A stretch of 64,000 nt of DNA from a virus (lineage: Duplodnaviria > Caudoviricetes). Made by a program: the position numbers and the translations under genes. Positions within the stretch are counted from its first letter, which is position 1. The number at the start of each line of letters is the position of its first letter. The stretch spans positions 32,001-96,000 of IMG/VR virus record IMGVR_UViG_3300028805_000070. The stretch is one strand, 5' to 3'. The notes beneath the pieces are model-generated. The model was not told where the DNA came from. It worked only from the letters and a program-made list of their open reading frames with translations, and did no database searches. Below are positions 26,201-35,743 of this stretch, piece after piece.

Positions 26201-27877
26201 ATAAGCGGTGATAATGTCGATATTCCTGTTCCTTAGGCTAAACAAAATGCTAACATAATAGGCGCTGTCTTTTCTTCTTAGAATATAGGATTTGCTACCA
26301 GAAAAGGAACTTATCGTAATTTAATCGCAATGGATGAAACTGGTATTACACTAGGCCAAGCTCGGGTGAGTGGAAATGCTTATGCTTTACATGGCAGTGA
26401 CGAGACTTCAGAATCTATGGTAAATGATAACATTGAGGGCTCGTATGTTAAAATTGGTGTTGATGGTATTAAATTAGGCTCATTAGCAAATATGTATATT
26501 AATACTAATAATTTTAAATTACAGACCAAAGCTGATGAATCTACAGGAGAGCATACCATTCTTGCTGTAGGGACTCATTTTAATAATGTGTCTGGTAGTA
26601 CTGTTAATAACATTTTTGGCGCGGATACTGAGAATTCTGTGAAAGCGGGATTAGTATTTAATGCGAATGGTTTATTTATTAAAGGAACTGTATATGCAGA
26701 TGCGGGACAGTTTACAGGGACGGTCTATGCCACAAATGGCAGCTTTAGTGGTTCTATTTTTGCAGCGCAAGCGAGTAAAATTGCCGGTTTCTATATTGGA
26801 AATACATATATGGCTTCTATATTTAATAATAACAGTAATGATTATCATAAAAATAATTTAAGCAGTACTTATAGAGGAGTATATATTGGAACAGATGGAA
26901 TTAATATTAGTAGTAATTATGATTCTAACAGTTCTACACCTGAGAATACTATCTATGGGGATATTTTATTTAAAATAGATATTCCACAACGTATTTTAAC
27001 TTTTGGAAACTACCAAAAAACTTCAAAGCCAACTTTATTAACTGTAAATTAGGGTACTTCAACAGTTTCATTACATGGTATTTTTATATTAGACCCAGAC
27101 AAAGTGGCAGTTGCAGATGGGTATGCCTCTTTATCGATTCACTCCGATGGCGATCCATATTGTATATATACATCCGGTGCATATAGCAGATCAACAGACC
27201 ACTATCATATAGAAGATTATACTTTTGGTATTAATCATATTGGAGAATTATTTTGTTCTACATTAACTACAGGTGGAATAAGCGCATATTCTTTAAGTGT
27301 CCGGTCTGCTTCTTTTTATATTGATAATGTGTATGGGTTAAGATGTTTTAATGATAAATTTAGTGTTGATGTAAATGGTAATATTACTGCTAGTGATATT
27401 ACTGTTAGTAATATTACCGCTAATGCTATTACTGCTAATGATAATCTTATCGTAGGAGACGTATCTAATCTTGAAATGTCACCTAGTTCCGGAAACTCCT
27501 CTAGTTCCGGAAGCTCATCTAGTTCTGGGAACACCTCTAGTTTTACCAATGGATCGATTATTGCCGAAACAACAATTGCTGCAGGGGCATCAATTGCTGC
27601 AGGAGCATCCATTCGCGCGGGAACTTCAATTCGTGCAGGAACTTCTATAGCTTGCAATAATTTTTTATATATTAATGGGACAGATACTACTGGTACTAAT
27701 ACAACAAATATTGCAAGAATTGTTTTTGGAAGTAATGATACTGATTATCCTCGTCTCGTATCAAGAAAACGTGGTGGGAAATGGTAGTTGGTTTGGTTAT
27801 ACGCCTCTGGCAAAGAAACTATTCTCGCTTCAGAAGATGATTCTCAAACTACTTGGCAACCAAGGTCGTCAACCTAA
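20282..27877 (+). CDS. Tal/tail-tip host-specificity protein (~2,531 aa, TAG=Gln)
   Basis: AAGGAGG SD; seven track ORFs in the same frame end in TAG; N-terminal Tal-like region (FSFSIPMY, ITTKMYV), coiled coil, beta-rich C-terminus; TAA 27875-27877. Confidence 0.85.
27483..27650 (+). repeat. 18-nt coding repeats (SSSG x3; IAAGAS/IRAGTS x4)
   Basis: ctagttccggaaactcct/ctagttccggaagctcat/ctagttctgggaacacct; attgctgcaggggcatca etc. Confidence 0.8.
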
Positions 27878-27896
27878 GGAATAAAAATCTTAAGCT

Positions 27897-27940
27897 AAAA
27901 AAATAAAGCCCGCTCCTTTCGGAGCGGGCCATTTTCTTTT
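27897..27940. terminator. Bidirectional terminator at convergence of the two arms
   Basis: A-tract, GCCCGCTCC-tttc-GGAGCGGGC, then T-rich tract. Confidence 0.9.
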
Positions 27941-27944
27941 CCCC

Positions 27945-28337
27945 TTATTCTTCATCAAACTCAATAAAGTTCTCAAGCTGCGCCATTTCAGCTGGCGTAA
28001 ACTCAACCTCACCAATATCATCCATCTTAATCTTATTCGCGCTAATTTCCACATTCGTATCAAGCAGCTCGCGCAACTCTCTACTAAATGCTTCCATTTG
28101 CTCTGCGGGAATCCTTACATTACCATTTTCCTCGGTCTTAAGTTCTCCATTCTCATCCTTCTCACCGTATTTCTTAATTAGTTCCATACGAGTCTCATTA
28201 AAGGACTGAATTTCCGCATCAGCACTTTTTAGAATCTTACCAACTGCATAAGCGCAGCGTGCCTTTAATTGTTTCTGACTTAATCCTTTAAGCCCCTCAG
28301 TCGCATTGACTAATTCTTCTAGCTTTACATTAATCAT
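27945..28337 (-). CDS. Hypothetical acidic helical protein
   Basis: Track ORF; likely start MINVKL at 28337 in ATGA overlap with upstream stop. Confidence 0.75.
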   Translation of the reverse strand: MINVKLEELVNATEGLKGLSQKQLKARCAYAVGKILKSADAEIQSFNETRMELIKKYGEKDENGELKTEENGNVRIPAEQMEAFSRELRELLDTNVEISANKIKMDDIGEVEFTPAEMAQLENFIEFDEE

Positions 28338-29083
28338 ATATCTTCTCCCCAAGTGCTATGCACTCTTATCTTATTACAAAAGTATTTACCAATACAAATA
28401 GCATCTGCTTCATCTTCAGTACACTGTAAATTATACCAAATTTTAACTTTGGCTTGCGCCGCCTTCTTCCGCGCTTCTCGATGCTAATCACCGTCGCCAA
28501 CGCCGCAGTAGCTGCGCCATTCGCTTGGATAAACTAAGTCGCTATCTATACAGGCTTCAAATAGCGTGTCTAATATTACACCCTATAAATTAGCTAATGT
28601 CTAAAATGTTTTAACTTGTGCCTAAGCCGCGGATGCGCCATACTTTTGTAGCTATATATTTTCTATGCCCACAAAATCCGGTTCCCATTCTTTCAATGCG
28701 GCTTTAAGCCAATTTTTAACCTAATTAATTCTTTCTGTGGCTGGTAATGTCGCGCTAGTTTTAAAAGTACCGTAACCGACTAATGCTTTATTATCATAAA
28801 TGGAATAACCAGTTACTCCAGTTGCGGCATCTAATGCTAGCACTCTTAGCGTATCGTCTCCTTTAGGCGGTACCTTATTTTTTTTAACCTTATATGGGTC
28901 ACCAGCCATACAAATATCGCATATTTTATGCTTGCGCCAGTACTCAAATGTTTGCTACTGCTAATGTCCTTGCGGACATTGCATATCTAATGGTGTCTTT
29001 AAATTCTTATAAGTTTCACTTATAAGTTTCCATCCTTCGGCTTCTAAGGCATTCTATACAGTATATATATTAATACTTGCCAT
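28334..29083 (-). CDS. ruvC: RuvC-like Holliday junction resolvase with N-terminal Zn-ribbon (249 aa, TAG=Gln)
   Basis: VLALDAATGVTGYSI, VGIENIQ and EDEADAICIG catalytic motifs come into one frame only with TAG read-through; TAATG and ATGA overlaps at the ends. Confidence 0.85.
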
Positions 29084-29877
29084 TAGACGCCGGTACTCCC
29101 AAAGCCATTTTCGCCTCGGTCGGAATCCTCTAAGGAGTCTACAACCTTCGCCTTAAAGCGATAGGAAGGCATTACCATTAGCTGAGCAATACGGTCACCC
29201 GCATTAATAATGTGTGGAGTATCGGAAATATTATCATATAGAACACCAAGCTCGCCGCGATAGGAAGAATCAATAATTCCAACGCTATTGCTTAGACGCA
29301 GAGCAGTGTTCGCGCCAATACTAGACCGTGGGAAAATCATAGCAACCCAACCTTCTGGTAGCTGGATTTTTACGCCAGTACGAATCTTATTTCCGAGAGA
29401 ATTACCTTGAAGCACGGTAGTTTCCAGCGCATATAGATCCGCTGCTGCGTCTGTATCATGTGCATAGGTGGGAACCTGCACACCTTCCTCTAGGCAAATT
29501 GGTAGGTCAATTGCATACATATGATACTTTTCAAAAGCCGTATCAAAGATATTGAAAATCTTCTCAATGATGTTATCAAGTACTTTCTTCTTATTCCCCG
29601 TGATAATTCCATCGCCATATACTAGCTGGTTAACAAGGTCTTTAATAGCATCTACTGATTGTAGAGCTTCTGCGCGAGAAGCGCCTTGTGTTTCTAGATT
29701 TTGAATAATCTGGTTTACAGATGTCCGCATCTGTTCTGGAGAAAAACTCTCATTCAGCGCGGCTAAAAGCTGTTCCATAGATTCATCTGTAAAATACTTA
29801 TCATCAAGATTCTTTAGGCTATTAACAGCATCTACAAATGCTTTAATGCCTGGGTCATTTACTAATTGTTCGTTCAT
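29083..29877 (-). CDS. dut: Trimeric dUTPase with ~120-aa N-terminal extension
   Basis: AAADL, PRSS, GIIDSSYRGE, GDRIAQL and RGENGFGSTG motifs. Confidence 0.93.
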   Translation of the reverse strand: MNEQLVNDPGIKAFVDAVNSLKNLDDKYFTDESMEQLLAALNESFSPEQMRTSVNQIIQNLETQGASRAEALQSVDAIKDLVNQLVYGDGIITGNKKKVLDNIIEKIFNIFDTAFEKYHMYAIDLPICLEEGVQVPTYAHDTDAAADLYALETTVLQGNSLGNKIRTGVKIQLPEGWVAMIFPRSSIGANTALRLSNSVGIIDSSYRGELGVLYDNISDTPHIINAGDRIAQLMVMPSYRFKAKVVDSLEDSDRGENGFGSTGV

Positions 29878-29888
29878 ATTTATACCTC

Positions 29889-30098
29889 TCAATCACTATA
29901 AGTTTTTTCGGTAGTCACAACCATCCACATATCAACCACTTCGCCCTTAGACTTTTTAGTTTTTACGACATAGCCGGACTTAGTTAGGGTGTAGCCGCCA
30001 GAAATCTGCTTATCTTTCGCATCTTCAATCATACTCATTGCTTCTTCTTCGGTATCTACCCTATAAACATCAGTTGTCTTCAATAGTTGCTGTGCCAT
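29889..30098 (-). CDS. Hypothetical protein
   Basis: Track ORF; GGAG SD before MAQQLL. Confidence 0.7.
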   Translation of the reverse strand: MAQQLLKTTDVYRVDTEEEAMSMIEDAKDKQISGGYTLTKSGYVVKTKKSKGEVVDMWMVVTTEKTYSD

Positions 30099-30459
30099 CT
30101 TCTTCATTCTCCTTTGCTTTTTCTTCGTTTAGTTTTCTTAGCTTTTGAATCAAATCTATATAATTAAGCTTTGTGGCGGTTTCATTTATCTCATCAATCT
30201 GAGACTTCTAAGCCACTTTAGCTTTATTACCTTTATTTTTCTTTGCGAGTGCTCGCCGTTGCGCCCGATTTAACTTAACGCCACCGTTGATTTTTGTTAC
30301 AGTAAAATCTGTAATCTTCTTCATAATTTCATCATCAGTTTCGGCGCCAACTAGTGCTTCGGCTTCTGCATAAGTTATACCTTGAATCTCTGCGAAGCGC
30401 TTAATTAAATCATTTGTTTGCGGCAACTCGATATTGCTTTTAGCTTCTGCATATTCCAT
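30070..30459 (-). CDS. Hypothetical protein (129 aa with TAG read-through; 83 aa if TAG stops)
   Basis: Frame stays open past TAG 30208-30210 to TGA 30070, filling the gap to the next gene. Confidence 0.65.
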
Positions 30460-30944
30460 TATAAATCTACCTCTTTCAACTTAGCAGGTTCCTTTGATGG
30501 CATCGTTTCACGTTCATTCCAAAGAGTGATATACCATCGAGTTGGGTCGCCTTCGCACTGTAATTTATGCTCAATCTTAAAACGATTAAAATTAATTTCA
30601 GGCTCAATAAAAGCTTCATCTTTTCCCGTTTCGGCACTGCGCCAGAAATTATCTGCTTGTGTTGTCCATCTCAACCAATGGTGCCGAGTAAGTAGCGCAT
30701 AAACCTTAGGCGATAATAATGACATTTCTAACACTATTTTCCATCCAGTCTTAGAGTCATATTTTTCATAATATTGAGTAAGCTGGTCAAAATAAACTTC
30801 GTGTTTTTCTTTACTATCCCACAGTCTATCATAAACTGTTAATAGTATATTTGGAATTTCTTTCTTTCCATACCAATTTTCGCGCGGATATTTCTGAATA
30901 GGATGCTCATCGTTTTCTATGTCAAGTCTATTAAAATATTCCAT
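30459..30944 (-). CDS. Hypothetical protein
   Basis: Track ORF, tightly packed between neighbours. Confidence 0.7.
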   Translation of the reverse strand: MEYFNRLDIENDEHPIQKYPRENWYGKKEIPNILLTVYDRLWDSKEKHEVYFDQLTQYYEKYDSKTGWKIVLEMSLLSPKVYALLTRHHWLRWTTQADNFWRSAETGKDEAFIEPEINFNRFKIEHKLQCEGDPTRWYITLWNERETMPSKEPAKLKEVDL

Positions 30945-31979
30945 TTATCCTCCCGCGTTACGGTTATAACCGAACGTTTGTGTATCAAAGAATTCAATAT
31001 AGTATTTTTCAAGCTCGGATAGCTTATCCTTATCGCAATAAGTAATTACTTCAATTGACCAGTTCCAGAATCCTGTCTTTAATATTTCGTGATGAACCGC
31101 TTGGTCTGCGATGCTTTTAATTCCAATCGAGGACTTAAAATGGTCTGCTATTCGTTTCTTTATATCAGTACTTTTTCCAATATAAGCCTTGCCGCTATCC
31201 AAATTTGTTAATTTGTAAATCCCTGGCTCTGGCTTAATTTCTATACGTTTAAAAGTATCATCCAAATTAGGTTTAACATACTCTGCCCAAACTAGCTTTG
31301 ATATAATATCTGGATGCTAAACCTTTGCGGCGACAGTAGTAAGCAAAAATTCAATATCCTCTCGATATTCTTCAGGCAACTATATGGTATAGAATAATTT
31401 TGCCTATTTATCCATTTCATACTAAAGTAGCGGTTTGCGTAAACTTAAAAAGCGTTCACGCTGCTGTTCTTCGGCAAGCTAATATTCCTTAACTTTAGCT
31501 TGGGCTTCTTCAATTTGCTCAACCATCCATTTCTTGGCTTCTTCGGCCTACTTATCGCATTCTTTTAAAGTCTTATCTAACTCAGATTGCAAAACTGATT
31601 TCTTTTCATTAAATGTTTCGTCCAATGACTCTTGGCGGCGTTGCCGCTATTCATCCATTAAAGAATCCAATTCAGTCATCTTGTCATTTACTAGATGATT
31701 ATATTCATCACGTGCATCTGATAAACTAGTTTTTGCACTGTCTAATGAATTATATATATCAGTTAATTTTTGTTGCTCTGAATTAACTCTGAGTTGTATA
31801 TCCATTAATTTATAGCGATACTATTCTAGCGCTTCTTCATCAGAACTTAATTCTTTTTTAAGTTTAGCTGCCTGTTCATGATATTCATCTAATAGCTATG
31901 TATCAATAGATTGCTTTTGATAAAGTTTATACCCCAGAAATCCGATAGTAACTAAGCATAAAATTAAAACTACAACCAT
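30945..31979 (-). CDS. Membrane-anchored coiled-coil GIY-YIG nuclease (344 aa, TAG=Gln)
   Basis: AAGGTG SD; N-terminal TM (MVVVLILCLVTIGFLGY), ~170-aa coiled coil, C-terminal GIYKLTN..AYIGKS..EKYYI..GYN. Confidence 0.8.
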
Positions 31980-32006
31980 ATCATCACCTTTTTCTCTTGA
32001 TACTTA

Positions 32007-32035
32007 ATTATATCAGATTTCTGGGGAAAAGTCAA
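32007..32035 (-). promoter_or_regulatory. Sigma-A/70 promoter
   Basis: TTGACT-17 nt-TATAAT. Confidence 0.85.
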
Positions 32036-32583
32036 ATGTTTGGTTCTATTAAATTACTAAAAATAACGCCGCCAAATATGTTGCCAATAACAGTACCAAT
32101 TAATGATGTACCAATGGTACCTGCCGCAATCATATAGTAGGCATCTGCAATACAGTGATTAAAGCCACCAAGGATAAAGCCCATTACACATAAAATACAC
32201 ATCCATAATGGAGATTTCTCATAGGTAGCTAATGACATTAGCATACCGCATCCAATACCTCTTGCGGCGGCCTCCCATATGGGTTGATTAACTTTTACAG
32301 TCGCGATTGCCGCGGAAGCATTGTTATGCGCGAGTAACGCCATTAATGATACGCCTATAATATTTCCAAGCAATACTATTAAATAGAAATACCAAGGATA
32401 TTGTTTAGTGACCATAAACTAAATTTTTCCAGTAAATAAATTTAATTTATAAATACGTACTGATAGCAGGCCGCAAGAGAAAAGGAAGGCGCCTACTATT
32501 GGATTCGGCGCCACCATATACATCCAGCAGCCTAATGCAATTGCCATTCCAGCAAGTATTGACTTATATATGTCCTTCTTCAT
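32032..32583 (-). CDS. Formate/nitrite transporter (FNT family), compact, 183 aa, one TAG=Gln
   Basis: SILAGMAIALG, LFTG, GIGCGMLM and GFNHCIAD FNT signatures; multiple TM helices; TAG at 32419-32421. Confidence 0.85.
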
Positions 32584-33064
32584 AATATTTCTCCATATTA
32601 ATTATTCGTTGGTTTGAAGAACCACGCAGCGGCAGCGTCGTGTCTCTTTTATCCTGCTCATAGCGTCCATCTATTAAGCAGGTAATATTTCTTAACACCG
32701 CCCTTATATCATCATCATCACGAGCTTCTAGCTCTTCTATTGTGTAGCCTGTCCAAACATATATTTTTAAATCTGGATAATCAAGTTTACACCAACCAAT
32801 TAAACGTAGAACATCTCCAAGATTTTCTTCGCATAATGGCTCACCGCCGAGAATACAGAGTGTTCTCATTACTCCATTTTTCTTTATTTTTTCCATAATA
32901 TGACGTAATGTTTCTAATGTAAATTCTTCACCGTAATTAAAATCTTGCGCTTCGGGATTATGACATCCGGGGCAATGGAAATGACATCCCGAAAAATACA
33001 CAGAGAGGGAGATACCGGGCGCTGCCGCGGTATCGTCCCAATAGATTCCTGCAATCTTACTCAT
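32564..33064 (-). CDS. nrdG: Anaerobic RNR activating enzyme
   Basis: GCHFHCPGCHN radical-SAM motif, LGGEP, LIDGRY, LRGSSNQR. Confidence 0.93.
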   Translation of the reverse strand: MSKIAGIYWDDTAAAPGISLSVYFSGCHFHCPGCHNPEAQDFNYGEEFTLETLRHIMEKIKKNGVMRTLCILGGEPLCEENLGDVLRLIGWCKLDYPDLKIYVWTGYTIEELEARDDDDIRAVLRNITCLIDGRYEQDKRDTTLPLRGSSNQRIINMEKYYEEGHI

Positions 33065-33230
33065 TAGCACAAATTTGTGATGATAGATCACTTAATATAT
33101 CAATTAAGTGACGATAAGTTCCATCAGCCTACTTGATAGATATATTATAATTTTTACATAATTCTACTACTATTTCCCCTTCACCCTGCTCTATAATTTC
33201 TGGAACATCTATCATCGTATTTTCCTCCAT
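33057..33230 (-). CDS. Small hypothetical protein (57 aa, TAG=Gln)
   Basis: ATG overlaps nrdD stop (TAATG); with read-through it fills the nrdD-nrdG gap. Confidence 0.55.
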
Positions 33231-35530
33231 TAATGTATATGTTTGACGCGATCTTCAGTTTCTTTCTGTTTGCCCCAATTGAAAGCGTCTTTATATGAAC
33301 CAGTAAGGTATCCAGTTACGCGTCTAAGTCTTGAAATGTTCTTACTGCCACATTCAGGACAGCTTTCACCAATTTCATCCTGATAGCCGCAATCGTTACA
33401 CATATCTAGCGGCACATTTAAAGCAAAATAAGGCACGTCTTTATCCATTGCATAATTTACAATGATTTCAAGCGCGTCAATATTATTTTTAACGCCCGAT
33501 GGTACTTCTACATAAGTAATGCACCCAGCACTAGAATAACCAGTTAGTTGGCTTTCAATATCAATCTTATCAAAAATAGAAATTTCATGCCATACTGGTA
33601 CGTGAATACTATTGGTAAAATACTCGCGGTCTGAAACATTAGGAATTTCGCCGTATTTAGCTTTAAATTTCTTCATTGCTGTGTAACAGAGATTTTCGGC
33701 TGGAGTGTAATATACTCCAAAGTTAAGATGATATTCTTTCTTAAACTCTGCACATCTGTCTTTAAATAACTGCTCGATTCTCTTAGCTAGCTCCATTCCT
33801 TTTTCAGTTGTATGGTCACAGCCAATTAAAATTTGAAGCGTTTCTGCAAGTCCTAGTTGTCCAATAACAATAGTGCCGTGTTTCAATGCTGAGCGAATAC
33901 CTTCTTCTGGATGATAGCCAAGCATTGTATTATTTTCATACATAAACTTAGCAGAGTCTGGAGATTGCTTACAAATCCATTCAAAGCGTTCAAGGAGCAT
34001 ATCTTTTGCTTCGTGGATTTTGTCGTCAAGATGATCAATAAAGGCGTCAATTAATACTGTTTCACCATCTTCTCCATCAATTAAATGGTTCTGTTCCCCA
34101 TATATTTTCGTCTCCATGGCAATAGTTGGCATAATAATAGTTACAGGACAAATATTACCACGGCCGTCCTTCATCTGAGGATTAGTGCCAGGCTCTGCAT
34201 TTATATCTGCGCCATTCGCTGTTCTACAGCCCATAGTTGAAAAATATGTACGAGGGTCATTTCTATCATATCCAGCATTACCGCTCCAATCAACATTTGC
34301 ATAATTAGGATAAATACGCTTGGCTGTTGATTCAAGCGCGAGTCTAAATAAGTCATAATTTGGATCACCAGGCGCACGATTTACACCTTTCATACATTGA
34401 AAAATGCCGCAAGGGAATATAGGAGTTTTATGATGTTTCCCTACACCCTTTATAGAACCTTCCAATAGCGCCTTAGTTACCATACGTCCTTCCGGTAGTG
34501 TGCAGGTGCCATAGTTAATTGATGTGAAAGGTAGTTGATTTCCGCTTCTAGATTGAAGCGTGTTAAGGTTATGATACATGCCCTCTACTGCTTGTTGAAG
34601 TTCACGTTCTGTCATATCCATTGCATATTTATAAGCTTTTGTACACAATTTTGCAGTTGTGACTAATGGTACTGTTTCAGCATTGACTGTCGGATTAATA
34701 TAATCATCAATAGGCTGGCGCGCTGTATCAATTCCAGCTAGAAAATGCGCACTGCTGCTGTTATCAATATATTCTAATCCATCTTTAAAATGCTTCCAAA
34801 AACTCTTCCTTACATAAGGCACCATAATCCAATCCAAATGCGTAGCACTAACGCCGCCAAACTGCATTAGAGATTGAAGCTGGAATATAACTGCTACAAG
34901 CTGAAAAGCAGTATTTATAGAATTGGCTGGACGTACATCTGTTTGCCGTGTATTAAAACCTTTTGCAAGTAAATCATCAAATGGAATACTCAAACAATTA
35001 TGCATTCCAACTGCATAAGCACTTAAATCATGAATATAAATTTCATTGTTTAAATGATTGGCCCGTGCCATTGGAGATACGCAGTAATCTAATGCATATT
35101 GCTTCATCATTTCATCCGAAGCTTCTCCAACCCTGCCGCCAAATGAATGTTCGTCTACATTAGCATTTTGATTCTGTACATTGGAAGCCTGTAGCTTCTC
35201 GCTAATTGCACGAATAAACTCAGTAGAATTAGCACGCATAATACCGTGTTTATATCTATATTTAATATACGCCTTACCTACCGCTAAGTCATAGTCAGTT
35301 AAATAATCTTCTACTAAATCTTGGATATCTTCTACGCCCATAAGATCATTTGATTCTACTGCCATTTGCTGAACTACTGTTTCTACCATATTAGCAATTT
35401 CAGAGGCATATTCTGGGTACCCAGTTTCTTTCGGATAAATTTCGTGCCACGCTTTGCATATAGCGGTTTCAATTTTCTCTTTATCAAACGAAGCTAATTC
35501 TCCCGTTCGTTTCCGGATTTGTAATTCCAT
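33230..35530 (-). CDS. nrdD: Class III anaerobic ribonucleotide reductase with ATP cone
   Basis: ATP cone (IRKRTG..FDKEKI), HNC, TMGCRT, GRGN, YYTPAE, Zn ribbon, RRVTGYL glycyl-radical loop. Confidence 0.96.
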   Translation of the reverse strand: MELQIRKRTGELASFDKEKIETAICKAWHEIYPKETGYPEYASEIANMVETVVQQMAVESNDLMGVEDIQDLVEDYLTDYDLAVGKAYIKYRYKHGIMRANSTEFIRAISEKLQASNVQNQNANVDEHSFGGRVGEASDEMMKQYALDYCVSPMARANHLNNEIYIHDLSAYAVGMHNCLSIPFDDLLAKGFNTRQTDVRPANSINTAFQLVAVIFQLQSLMQFGGVSATHLDWIMVPYVRKSFWKHFKDGLEYIDNSSSAHFLAGIDTARQPIDDYINPTVNAETVPLVTTAKLCTKAYKYAMDMTERELQQAVEGMYHNLNTLQSRSGNQLPFTSINYGTCTLPEGRMVTKALLEGSIKGVGKHHKTPIFPCGIFQCMKGVNRAPGDPNYDLFRLALESTAKRIYPNYANVDWSGNAGYDRNDPRTYFSTMGCRTANGADINAEPGTNPQMKDGRGNICPVTIIMPTIAMETKIYGEQNHLIDGEDGETVLIDAFIDHLDDKIHEAKDMLLERFEWICKQSPDSAKFMYENNTMLGYHPEEGIRSALKHGTIVIGQLGLAETLQILIGCDHTTEKGMELAKRIEQLFKDRCAEFKKEYHLNFGVYYTPAENLCYTAMKKFKAKYGEIPNVSDREYFTNSIHVPVWHEISIFDKIDIESQLTGYSSAGCITYVEVPSGVKNNIDALEIIVNYAMDKDVPYFALNVPLDMCNDCGYQDEIGESCPECGSKNISRLRRVTGYLTGSYKDAFNWGKQKETEDRVKHIH

Positions 35531-35536
35531 AAAATT

Positions 35537-35743
35537 TCACTTCCTAAACTTTTTTCCACAGTATGGACAAGCCGATAGATCTGATAAATCAAATCCTTCT
35601 GCTTTATGAGGACATATGCTTTGTAATTCTTTAATTTCTTCACGTATTACAAAGACTCTATCACTATATTCCATTCGCGCGAGGGCATCCCTTAGCTGCT
35701 CTGTTAACTCGCGGTATTTGGTTGTAATTTCATTTTCATTCAT
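35537..35743 (-). CDS. Small Zn-finger protein
   Basis: CPH...CPYCGK; ATGA overlap with upstream read-through stop. Confidence 0.7.
   Translation of the reverse strand: MNENEITTKYRELTEQLRDALARMEYSDRVFVIREEIKELQSICPHKAEGFDLSDLSACPYCGKKFRK

Noticed and set aside
3987-27657. - strand and off-frame track ORFs in the tail module (e.g. 4078, 15703, 16974, 27316)
   Set aside because: They overlap long recoded + strand genes and lack SDs or motifs
4283-27877. Decayed prophage/pseudogenes in the tail region
   Set aside because: The breaks are TAG only, with no frameshifts seen; recoding explains them
20282-27877. Diversity-generating retroelement target
   Set aside because: No reverse transcriptase or TR/VR repeat pair seen in the window
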